Source: the human T2T-CHM13v2.0 reference genome, Homo sapiens
Assembly (NCBI RefSeq): GCF_009914755.1
Contig: NC_060936.1
Direction: 5' to 3' (one strand)
DNA: 64,000 bases
Made by a program: the position numbers and the translations under genes. Positions within the stretch are counted from its first letter, which is position 1, and each line of letters starts with the position of its first letter. Below are positions 11,820-27,838 of this stretch, piece by piece. The notes beneath the pieces were generated by a model, which was not told where the DNA came from, did no database searches, and saw nothing but the letters and a program-made list of their open reading frames with translations.

Positions 11820-12362
11820 GAAGCCAAGAAACGCTCAAATGAGCTCAAGGAAATAAAAGCGGGGAGGGGACCTGGCCCTGGAAACGCTGCAGCACAGACC
11901 TGGCTGCAGGCTCGACTGGATCCAGGGCTCCAGTGATCTTTTTTTCTGTCTCATATCTGGGCCTTCAGCGGCTTTGGCCCTGCTAATGCCCCAATCAGGG
12001 ACCTCTACCTGGCAGGCTCCCCCTACAAAGGAGTAAGATGGCTGCAGCTGCTTCCTGGCTTCCTCTCAGCTCCGTAGCTCTCCCGCCAGCCCTGGGGCAG
12101 GTCCTGGCATGCACTCTGATTGGACTGGCAGAGTCATGTGACCAGGTCTGTACCAATCATAGGCCCAGGGCACAGCCACCTGACACTCTGATTGGACTTG
12201 CTCCGGCCATGTAGCCAGCTCTGCACCAATCACAAAGCCAGAGCACAGCCTGTGGAAGTGTAACAACCTTTCCCATTGGCCAGGGAACAAATCCTGATGC
12301 TCACTCCGATTGGACTTGCTCGGGCCACGTGACCAGCCCTGCACCAATCACAGAGCCAGGGT
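11820..12362 (-). mobile_element. MLT1K/L-like LTR with triplicated CCAAT module
   Basis: 'ctggatccagggctc', 'aagatggctgcagc' and three 'ctctgattgga...catgtgacca...accaatca' units. Confidence 0.65.
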
Positions 12363-12439
12363 AAGGGGCTTCCAACCACACCTGGGCCACAGGCCCCTTC
12401 ATAGACCAAGAGTCCTTGTAGCGGTCCCAGCGTCTTAGC

Positions 12440-12970
12440 TGTGGGTGTGGGGGCTCCTGAGTGAAACTCGGGAGGTCCCGGAAGGAGGGGGCGAGGCCCT
12501 CAGCAGCTGTGGAGTCTGTGCCCTGAGGCCCCACACTGGGAACTGGGGACGAGGAGACGGGGACGCGGCCCGGGTCTTGACCTCCTCAGGCTCACCAGAC
12601 ACTGCGTTCAGGCCTCCGGGACGGTCCTGGTGGGGCTCGGCCCCCCTCGTCCTGCGCCTCCTCTGGGCCCGCGGGTCCCCAGCTCCCCCAGCCCCGCCGC
12701 GGGCCGCACCTCTCTGGACGGCGCTGTCAGGAGTAGGAGTTCAGCCCCAGCGCATCCGCGCCAGGACCCGGGCTCTGTGGCCACTGAGTGCAGAACACGC
12801 CGAGCTTCGGAGGTCTGGGAGTTCCAAGTGGAATTTGAATTTTTAATCTAATTGTCTGATTCGTGAACTCGGAAGCTGACGTCACGCCCAGACGTCCCAA
12901 GGTATGAGCTGTAGATACGCATGTGAGCGCTGGTGGGAGACGCCAGGCTGGGATTTCCGCTCGATCTGGG
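12440..12970. promoter_or_regulatory. CpG island, right lobe, with full CRE and ETS core
   Basis: CpG-dense; CGGAAG at 12870-12875, TGACGTCA at 12877-12884, TAATCTAATTG at 12844-12854; plus-strand donor AAG|GTATGA after 12901. Confidence 0.7.
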
Positions 12971-13183
12971 AATGAGCAATGCAACCTAATGACACCCGGA
13001 GCTCCTGAATCACCTGGGGAAGATGAAGAGAGACACTCTCTGGTGGGAACGTCTCCTAGAAACAAGGCCTAAGATGGGGCGACCACAGCCCCACAGCTGT
13101 GTCCAGATGCAGGGAGCACTCGCCTGTGCTGTAAGTCTGTCCCACGGTGGAGAAAGGGCCCAAACCCCACAGCCCTGCGGTCC

Positions 13184-13237
13184 ACCCTTCAAGTGATTTG
13201 GGCGTGCTCTCTTTCAGCACTCATGAGTCCCCCAGCA
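13184..13237 (+). repeat. 54-bp inverted repeat, right arm
   Basis: Reverse complement of 9328-9381; contains ctctctttcag|C acceptor-like motif. Confidence 0.95.
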
Positions 13238-13394
13238 GGTGGGGGTTGTGGGGAGAATCCACATCAGCAGTTAACCCCCTCACTTTGGTCTGTGAAGCCC
13301 TACACGCTCCTCTGTCTTCATTTCCTCAGCGTCATATGCTTGACTTTCTCCACCCCCAACCTGCTCTGCCTCTGTGATTATCTTCCTTTTTCTT

Positions 13395-13695
13395 TACTTC
13401 AGGACCTTTGCACTTGCTTTTCCTTCTGCTTGGAAAGCTCTTCCCACAGCCAGTTGGGTGTCAACTCTTTCCCATCATTCTAGTGAGAGAGTTACCTCTC
13501 CAGAAACCCCCTCTGGGACCTCCTTTTTCAAGCCTACCCTACTCTCCACCGTTTCACCCAATTTGGTTCCCTTCATAGCTGGCATCACTGTCTTGATGAG
13601 GGCTGAGCCCATGTGTGTCTTGCTCACTGCCATGTTTTCAGGATTGAGAGGCTGTTAGTACATAGTAGGTGGTAAGTAAACATTTGGTTGAATCC
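13395..13695 (+). mobile_element. L2 3' fragment
   Basis: 'caggacctttgcacttgcttttccttctgcttggaaagctcttccc', 'catagtaggtggtaagtaaacatttggttgaat'. Confidence 0.75.
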
Positions 13696-14575
13696 ATGAA
13701 CATCTATCATGCACGGTGGCAGCCCATTATGGGGAAGATACTGGCTTAGAGGAAGATGCCCAGAGACCCCTGGAGAAATGGAGGAAGGCTTCACAGAGGA
13801 GGGGGCTCTCCATGAAGGCAGATTCACCAGGCTGGCAATGGGAGAGGACATTCCAGGGGTGGAAACCAGCAGGGCCAAGGCTTAAGGAGTGCACACAGTG
13901 GGGTGAAAGGGAACTGCTGGAAGTGGGGGAAATGGGAGATGGAGGAAGGTAGGGCAGCAGGTGAAGCTGGAGAGGAGGCAGGGGAAAGCCTTCTGCCCCA
14001 GGATCGGATCCTCTGAGGGAGGGGGTAAAATGATGGTCACCAAGATCAGATTTAATCTGCAGGCCTGTGAAGGAGGCACTGGGCTCCTGGTAAATAAGAA
14101 ATCTCCCAGGGCAGAGACGTCACGCTGGAGGACCACGTGCTGGGCAAGATCCTCAGGTGTTTACTTAACATGATCAGTGTTAACATTTGAATTAGTGGCT
14201 GATGCTTAAAATTGAGAGGTTTTGTTTGTAATCCAGGTTTCTGATTTTCCTGAACAGTCAGGACTCTGATTACCTCAGGCCCCATTCTCAAATGGCAGCC
14301 ATGGCTGAGCAGTGGACATTCCCTCCTGGGGGCATGCTCTCACCAGCTCATCCAGCCCACCCGCTCCATTTCTCCTGTAGCCATGTGCCCGAGGGTGTTC
14401 TGAAGATTCCAACTTTGCATCAACTCATATTCACTGAATGGATCTTTGGAAATGGTGATACTGTTTTTGACCTTGAGAAAGTTTGACTTTCATGTTACAT
14501 GAGATGGACAGACAAGCAGTTCAACATATCACAGGACAGCATCTGTGTGTGGAAATAGTGGGGAGAACAGAGATG

Positions 14576-15160
14576 GTGTGGTTAGCAGAATCACGCCCCC
14601 CCAGTATGTCCATACTTAAATCTGTGGGATGTATAAATATGTTACTTCACATGGGAAAAAGGGCTTTGCAGATGTGACTAAAGGTATTGGCCTTGAGATA
14701 GGGAGAGCATCCTGGGTTGTCCAGGTGAGCCCAGTGTCATCATGTGAGTCCCTAAGATAGGATAACTTTCCCAGCTGGGTCAGAGAGATGAGTCAGAAGG
14801 AGGAGAAATTCAAAGCTTGAGAGAGCCTCACCCTGTTGCTGGCTTGGAAGGTAGAGAAAGCTGCCAAGGCATGCACATGGCCCCTAGAAGTTGGGAAGGC
14901 TGAGCCGATAGGCAGAGAGAAAACAGGGGTCTCAGTCTTACAACTACAAGGAAATGAATTCTGCCAACAACCTGAATGTGTCAGCAAATTATCCTCCCCT
15001 AGGGTCTCCAAAAAGGAATACAGCCTGTGGATACCTTGATGTTAGTCCAGTGAGGTCCACGTCAGACTTCTGACTTACAGAACTGCAAGAAAATATTTGT
15101 GTTGTCTAAGCCACTAAGTTTGTGGTGATTTGTTGGGGCCGTAGTGGGAATCTAAGATAG
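14576..15160 (+). mobile_element. MLT1D/E-like LTR
   Basis: 'gggctttgcagatgtgactaa', 'gaattctgccaacaacctgaatg', 'taagccactaagtttgtggtgatttgtt'. Confidence 0.85.
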
Positions 15161-16258
15161 GTGGTTATGGTTCTGGAAGTAAAGGAAAGCTGCCCTTCAG
15201 CTTGCAGAGACTGGAAGGCAGCTCCACTTGAGGCCAGGGGTGTATGTGCAAGGTATTGGGTGGGGAGAGCTGACCTTAGGATGGAGAATAGAAACAAATG
15301 TGCTGAGAAGGATGCGTCCAGCTGCCCAGGAGAGAACGCTGGCAGTGCTCACCAGTATCCTGAAAGGTAGAACAGGGTGAGTCAGCCCCAAATAACCACC
15401 ACCATGAACTGGAATCCTGAGAGCGAATTACCCACTTAGCAGAGTGCTGACGCTGCCATTTTCTTAGCAGACTTGGCAGAGGATCAGCAGAACGACTTCC
15501 TAGAAATGCTGGGGCAAAGAAACACATTGGAAAGTGTGTGATCTGCTGAAGTGTTTTTATTTTCTATTGAGAATGTTGTGTTTGTGCTTTTTGTGTCCTA
15601 ACTGTGAAATGATACATTGAAAGATTGATTTTGTTAAGAAACTGCTCTTTGCTTGCTATGATCTTCTGGTATTTTTGAAAGGTTCTCAGGGAGGGGGTCA
15701 TTTCTTTTTTTCTATCACTGGCAAGTCTGAATCACACACCATTATTTATAGAGTAGTTGGGCAATTTCTCTCAGCTTTTCTGATCACCAGCTGTACCAGC
15801 TCTGGCATAGATCTTAGAACGTTGTCTGTGGCCTGTGGCGGTGATGACTTCCTGGGAAAAGCCCACATTGAATTCTTATGATGATGTTGAGCCTAGGTAT
15901 AAGTCTATGTCCATGACAAGGAGCAGGCTGAATGGCCCTGGGAACCTGGCCCCCCTTCCACACTTCCCTGACATTCACTCTTTAACCTGATCTTTGTTGA
16001 GTGTGGATTGTGGACCAGGCCCTCCCCTGGATGCTGGGTGTGAGCATCAGTGGGGAGATCAAGTCCTGTAAATCAACTCACATGTCAGAGATTTGGGGAG
16101 CAGAGATGGTGGGATGGCAGCAGGATGAAATCTGCACTATCTGTATACCACGAAGGTTATTTTGACTTCACTCCTAATACGTTAAACATTCTAGATTTCC
16201 AGAAAACTTACACTTTTTCACCAATGTGATGAACTTCAGCTGTGTTCTGTTGTTGCAG

Positions 16259-16388
16259 GATCTACCCCTGCTATCTCCCTGAGTCTAAGAAGCGTTAGTC
16301 AGGTGAAGCTGCAGCCCTTACCTGCAGGCTGCAGAGTATCATCCATCCTGAGAGATGTGGGGTTGTAGAGAGCAGGAGGGGCTGGATG
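16259..16388 (+). other. Candidate 130-nt internal exon of a plus-strand non-coding transcript
   Basis: Acceptor 'tgtgttctgttgttgcag|G' and donor 'ATG|GTGAGT' in unique sequence downstream of the CpG island. Confidence 0.4.
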
Positions 16389-16789
16389 GTGAGTGGCAGG
16401 AGAGGAAGTGTGAAATATGCCTGGAAATGGGTGAAGGGGATACCTCCAGCTGTAAGGATGCTGAAAGATTTTCTTGAGGGATGTTCCATTGTTTTGGGGG
16501 TCATTTAAATATGCCTTATATGAGTGAGTATTAAAAAGAGAAGAAAGAGGGACCACTTTCAATAATGGGTACAACTTATAGACAGAGACGAATAAGAAGT
16601 AGAAGACGAACAACAACCAAATGCACATTCCTAACAAATGCACATGGAACATTCTCCGGGATAGTCTATATACTAAGTCACGAAACAAGCCTCACCAAGT
16701 TTAAAAAGATTGACATTATATGAAGTCTCTTCTCTGACTACTATGGAATGAAGCTAGAAATCAATATTAGAATAAAAACTGGAATTGTA

Positions 16790-17545
<756 letters not shown>

Positions 17546-17884
17546 TAAACAATGCTCTTAAACAACCATGGACCAAATAAGAAATCACAAGATAATTTAG
17601 CAAATATTTTGAGACAAATAAAAATAAAAATACAACATACCAAAACTTATAGAATGTGGTGAAAGCACTTCTTACACACAGATCTATAGCAGTAAACATC
17701 AACATTACAAAAGAAAAATCTCAAACCAGTAATCTAACTTTACACCTTAAGGAACTAGAAAAAGAAGAGCAATGTAAACCTAAAACCTAAAAGTAGAAGG
17801 AAGTAATTAATAAAAATTACGGCAGAGAAAAATAAAATAGAGAATAGAAAAAAACAATAGAACTAATAACATCAAAAGTTGGTT

Positions 17885-18189
17885 CTTTTTTTTTTTTTTT
17901 TTTTTTTTTGAGACGGAGTCTTGCTCTGTCACCCAGGCTGGAGTGCAGTGGCACAATCTCAGCTCACTGCAACCTCGACCTCCTAGATTCAAGTGATTCT
18001 CCTGCCTCAGCCTTCTGAGTAGCTGGGATTACAGGCACGCGCCACCACACCAGGCTAATTTTTGTATTTTTGGTAGAGACGGGGTTTCACCATGTTGGGC
18101 AGTCTGGTCTTGAACTCCTGACCTTGTGATCCCCCTGCCTCGGCCTCCCAAAGTGCTGGGATTACAGGCGTGAGCCACTGTGCCTGGCC
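17885..18189 (-). mobile_element. AluS (Sg-like)
   Basis: Poly(T), full dimer, TSD CAAAAGTTGGTTCTTT at 17873-17888 and 18190-18205. Confidence 0.95.
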
Positions 18190-18215
18190 CAAAAGTTGGT
18201 TCTTTAAAAATATCA

Positions 18216-18518
<303 letters not shown>

Positions 18519-20439
18519 TTAGCTAGACTAAAAAAAGTCCAAAATCATAAATAGTCATAGACAGTCATAAATAAATCATAAATGTGGGGCCATTACTACT
18601 GTTGTTACAGAAATGAAAATGATTACGAGAGAATACTCTAAACAATTGTATGCCAAAAAATTTAGATAGCCAAGACAAAATGGATAATTTCTTAGAAACA
18701 TACAAATTACCAAAACTGACTGAAGAAGAAGTAGAAAATCTGAACAGATCTGTAACTAGGAAAGAGATTGAATCAGTAAACAAAAACCTTCCAATAATGA
18801 AAAGCCCACAACCAAATAGCTTTACTAAATTCTACCAAATATTTAAAGCAGAATTAACACCAACTCTCTTCCCAAACTCCTCTAAAAAAATCAGAGGGCA
18901 ACACTTCCAAACTTATTTTATGAGGCCAATATTACCTGATACCAAATCTAGACAAACATACCAGAAGGAAGAAAACTGCAGACAAATATCCCTTAGAATA
19001 TAGAGGCAAAAATGTTTAACAAAATATGAGCAAACCAAATTCAAAAGCATAGTAAAAGCATAGCATAACACGACCAAGTGTGACTTATCCCAAGAATGCA
19101 AGAGTGAGTCAACTTAAGAAAATCAGTCAATGTAATATGTCACGTTAATAGAATGCGGGGGAGAAAAACCACATGATCATTTATGAAAACTATATGATCA
19201 GGAAAAGTATTTGACAAAATCCAACACCCCTTCGTCATAAAAACACTCAGTAAACTAGGAATAGAAGGGAATATCCTCAACATAATAAAGCATATTTATG
19301 ACAAATCCATAGCAAACAATATACATAATAGCAAAAGACTAAAAACTTTCTTCTAAGATCAGGAACAAAACAGGTAAGCTCATTTTCATCACTGCTGTTT
19401 AACATTATACTGGAGGTTATGATCAGAGCAATTAGGCAAGAAGAGACAAATGGCATTCAGATTGGAATTGAAGAAGTCAGACTATCTCTATTCACAGATG
19501 ACATGAGCCTATATATTTTTAAAATCTCAAAAAAAATACACACACATACAACTAGGGCTAACAAATGAATTCAGCAAAGTTGCAAGATACAATATCAACA
19601 TACAAAAAACAGTTGTGATGGTAGACACCAGTAAAGAACAATCAAAAAAATTAATAAAACAGTTCCATTCATAATAGCATCTAAAGGAATAAAATACATA
19701 GGAATAAATTTAACCAAAGAGGTGAAAGACTTACACACTGAAATCCACAAAACTTGCCTGAAAAAATTAAAGAAGACCAGAATAAATGGGATGACATACT
19801 GTGCTCATAGATTGGAAGTCTTAATATTGTCAAAATGACAATACTACCCACACGATCCACAGATTTAATGTAATTTCTACCAAAATCTCAATTTGTTTCT
19901 GTAGAAATAGGAGAATTCATTCTAAAATTTATATGGAATCTCAAGGGGCCCTAAATAGCCAAAACCACCTTGAAAAAGAACAAAGTTGAAGGTTTTGCAC
20001 TTCCTGATTTCAAAAATTACTACAAAGTTGCAGAAGTCAAAACAGGGTGATACTAGCATAAAGACAGACATACAGACTAATGGAATAGAATAAATAACCC
20101 CAAATAAACCCTCACATATAAGGTAAGATGAGTTTTGACAACTGTGTCAGGACCATTCAGTGGAGAAAGCACAGTCTCTGCAACAAATGGTTCTGAGAAA
20201 ACTGCATTATCACATGCGAAAAATAAACGTGTACCCTTATTTCACACCATGTGCAATAATGAACTCACAGTGGACCAGCAGCCTGAACATAAGGACGAAA
20301 AAACATGAAGCTTTTAGAAGAAAACATAGTGGCAAATCTTCATAACCTTGGATTTGGCAATGGATTTTTAAATATACCAAAAGCACAAGCAGCAAAAAGA
20401 AGAAAAGAATAAATTGAATTTTGTAAAAATTAAAATCTT

Positions 20440-23350
<2,911 letters not shown>

Positions 23351-23466
23351 TTCTAAGAAGGCAGTTTGGAGACATTGTATGCATCTCCCACTGTAAAGAC
23401 AAAATAGCGTGTCCACTCATGCCGTGAAATTTTTTCCAAGAAGCACTACAGGAACTTAAGAAAATT

Positions 23467-23944
<478 letters not shown>

Positions 23945-26900
23945 CTAACTCAGGCAGCAGTCGCAGGTTGAGAAAAGCTCCCAGCTGAGATTCATGATAT
24001 AATATCAAGTGGGGTTAACCGCTCTTGTCCAGAACTCAGGGGAGAGTGGGATGTGTGCTGTAGTCACAGAGGCAGGAACTGCATATCCCTGCTTCATGGG
24101 AAGACTGGTAGTGGTGTGGCCTGAAAGCCATGGTTTCTGCCTCAGTGGGGAAGGCTTGTGGCCTGTGGCAGTTTTGAGTTCTGAGCACAGACTGCCTGGA
24201 ACCTAGCTAGCTGCTGCTAGTGGGACACTGCTGGTGTGAGAACTGCCTTGCCAAGTGCATGGGAGCTAGAGGCTTACTGACACCTGCAACTCCTCACTCC
24301 CTGTGGACTTTTCTGTGCAGCAGAGACAGCTGTGCTTCTCCCTGGAACACTACCCCAATAGCCAGAGAACTGCCCTCAACTCCCCACTGGGTCTGCTGCT
24401 TGTGCCTGCATGTGAAGAGCCAGAATATGGACTTTCCTGACCCAGTCCCTACCTGGCTTTTCTCCTCCACCCCCTCTGGTAGCTTAACACAAAGGACAGA
24501 AACTTTTGGGAGCTCCATGTCCTTGCCCATTCCCTGAGACATCAGAGTACTTCCCCTAGGTAACAAGGCAAGCACAAATCCCACTGCTAGCTACCACTGC
24601 AGTTGGCACTCTTTTGCAAGCACCACCTCCTGGCTGGAGGCCAGCCAACAGTCTATTGTAACATCTGCAGGTAGAATAACACAATGCCCAGGAAAGAGAA
24701 AACTTATGTGTGACTTCCGCTATTACCATTGCCTGTATTACGCTGGCTACAGGAGGTCCTGAGTGTCCATGTGACCAGTTCATTATGACTACAACTGGCA
24801 TTTGAGAAAACCAACACACTAAGGCTATTTGTAACCAAGGAAATCTCACAGAATCTATATCACCCCTCTGCCACCCTCATCAGAGCTGGTGCTGGTACCC
24901 ACTGCTGGGAGACTTGAGGACAGGTCACATCACTGGATCCCTTGCAGGCATTCCCCAGCACTGGTCTGGGGTAGCTATACCCAGAGGAGAAGCAGGATTC
25001 ACAGTATCTGGCAGGGACTCAGGGACTCCTACTCCTAGGGGAAACGGGAGTGCACCACATGAAAGGAGCATTCCATGGGACAGAAGAATCCAGGTGGCAG
25101 GACTTGAGTCCCAGAATTTTCTGCTTGTGGGATGTTTCTTTCAGCAGAGCTAAAGGTGTAGTGCTGGGCTCAGTGAGGAAAGTCTGCAGCTCTACCTCAA
25201 CAGTCAGGCAGCCCTGGCGCTTGTGAAGGGTCTTGGAGAAGAAAATTTCTTCTCCTCCCACATCCCCATCACTGCAGTCACAACTGGGGCTTCTCCCAAG
25301 GAAGTTTGGCATGAGTGCACCGCACCTGTAGACAGACTTTCTAGAACACTGCATCCCCACAGGAGAAGTGTCCTCCAGGTTCAGGCTTGTACGAGGGGTA
25401 GAATCATGATCCCATTCTACACAGGACATCAGCATTCCTGCAGATGAAAAGAAGTGCCTGTCTGATTCAAATAGCTGGAACACTGTGTCAGGAGTATGAC
25501 TGGGAGGTAAATCACTTTCCTTTTGACCTGATAGAGGAGCTGAGGTGGCTCCTTTCCTTCCCCCTGTAAAGACCTCAATGTGTCTCACTGAGCTGGTGCT
25601 GGTACCGCCTGCTGGGAGACTTGACAACAGGTCACATCATTGGATCCCTTGCAGACATTCCCCAGCACTACCCTGGAGTGTGGCAGCCTCACTAGGTGGC
25701 TAGACCCAGAGGAGAAGCAGGATTCTCTTCCAGCCTCTTTTAGAGAAGCTCCCCCAGCCTCCTCTGTAAAGGCTGGGAGTACTGCCTACTATTGGGTATT
25801 GCATTTACCCACCTGCTTTAGCCACAGCTGTTTGTCACTTGTGGACACCTCCTACTGGCCTGAAGCCTGAACTGTTCAACCCAGTGAAAAAACACTGAGG
25901 AAAATATAAATAAATTAAAAAGTGCACACCAGTGGGGCATGAGATAAGCTTCATGAGACCTTTGCCATTCCCAGCCTGCTCACACACTGAGCAGATTGCT
26001 ACTACAACCAGCATCTGAGAAGGCCATCATACAAAGACTCTCTGTAACCAAGGAACTTATGCGAAGTCTTCATCCCTGAAAGCACCCAGAGCCAAATTAG
26101 GTTACAATAAACTATAAATATTAAAGTCACATCCTCAAGGGAGGAAAAATAACACAGTTGAATCAAAAATATTAAAATAATTACAAGAGATAATCTACCG
26201 AAATGATAAGAAACCAGAAAAATAATTCTGGCAATATGAAAAAGCAGGATTCTATAACACCCCCTAAAAGATTACCCTAGCTATCCAGCAATGGATCCAA
26301 ACCAGGATGAAATCTTTGAAATACCAGGAAAGGATTCAAGAGCTTGATTATTAGGTTGCTCAAGGAAATACAACAGAAAAGTGAAAACCAACATAAAGAA
26401 ATTTTAAAAAATCAATTCAGGATATGAATGAAACATTTTCTAAAGCGATAGATATTTTAAAGAAAAACCAATCAGAATTTCTGGAAATGAAAGACACATT
26501 TAGGAAATTACAAAATACAGTGGAAAGTTTTAACAATAGACTAGACCAAGTAGAAGAAAGAATTTCAGAGCTCTAAGACAAGGCTTTTGAAATAACCCAA
26601 TCAGACAAAAATAAAGAAAAAAGAATTAAATAAATGAGGTCTCCAAGAAATATGGGGTTATGTCAAAAGGCCACCCCTAAGAATCACTGGTGTCCCTGAG
26701 GGAGAAGAAAAAGCAAAATGTTTGGAAAACATATTCAAGGGAATTATTGAGAAAAACTTACCTGGACTTTCTAGAGATTTAGATCTCCAAATACATGAAG
26801 CTCAAAGAACTCCTGGGAGATTCATTGCAAAAAGAACATCACCAAGGAATATTGTCATCATACTATCTAAAGTCAATGTGAAGAAAAGAATTCTTAGAGC

Positions 26901-27401
26901 AGTGAGACAAAAGCATCAGGTCATCTATAAAGAAAAACCTATCAGACTAACATCAGATTTCTCATTAGAAACCTTACAAGCCATAAGGGATTGGGGTCCT
27001 ATCTTTAGCCTCCTTAAACAGAATAGCTGTCCAACAAGAATCTTGTATCTAGCAAAACTAAATTTCTTAAATGAAGGAGAAATAAAGTCTTTTTCAGACA
27101 AGCAAATGCTTGTCTGAAATAAATGCTAAAAGGAGTTCTAAATCTTGAAACAATGGGTCAAGATGCAACACAATAGAACCTCTTGAAAGCATAAAATTCA
27201 CAAGGAAAAGAAAACAATAACACAGTGAAGAAAACAAAGTAACTAGGTAACAATCAACATGATGACTGGAACAGTACCGCACATGTCACTATTAACATTG
27301 AAAGTAAATGGTCTAAATGCTCCACTTAAAAGATACAGATTGGCAGAATGGATAAAAATTTACAAACCAAGTATCTGCTGTCCTCAAGAGACACACTTAA
27401 C

Positions 27402-27838
27402 TGTTCACAATAGCAAAGACTTGGAACTAACCCAAATGCCCATCAATGATAGACTGGGTAAAGAAAATGTGACACATATACACCATGGAATACTATGCAG
27501 CCATAAAAAAGGATGAGTTCATGTCCTTTGCAGGGGCACGAGGAAGCTGGAAACCATCATTCTCAGCAAAGTAACACAAGAACAGAAAACCAAACACCAC
27601 ATGTTCTCCTCATAAGTGGGAGTTGCACAATGAGAACACATGGACACAGGGAGGGGAACATCACATACTGGGGCCTGTTGGGGAGTGGGGAGGGTAGGGG
27701 AGGGATAGCATTAGGAGAAATACCTAATGTAGATGGCAGGTTGATGGGTGCAGCAAACCACCATGGCATGTGTATACCTATGTAACAAACCTCCACCTTC
27801 TACACATGTATCCCAGAACTTAAAGTATAATAATAAAA
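27402..27838 (+). mobile_element. 5'-truncated L1PA (L1PA7-like) 3' end inserted in L1PB ORF2
   Basis: L1PA 3' UTR 'gggagggatagcattaggagaaatacctaatgta...aacttaaagtataat'; perfect 16-bp TSD AAGAGACACACTTAAC at 27386-27401 and 27839-27854. Confidence 0.95.

Noticed and set aside
11101-11838. 236-aa (+) and 215-aa (-) ORFs across the CpG island
   Set aside because: Stop codons are rare in very GC-rich DNA, several overlapping frames are open, and both extend into MIR-like sequence
24882-25724. ~130-bp direct repeat about 700 bp apart
   Set aside because: Within the L1PB 5' UTR, where internal repeats are expected to be part of the element
26722-27516. L1 ORF1/ORF2 peptides as active genes
   Set aside because: Fragments of a dead L1PB with stops, frameshifts and nested insertions
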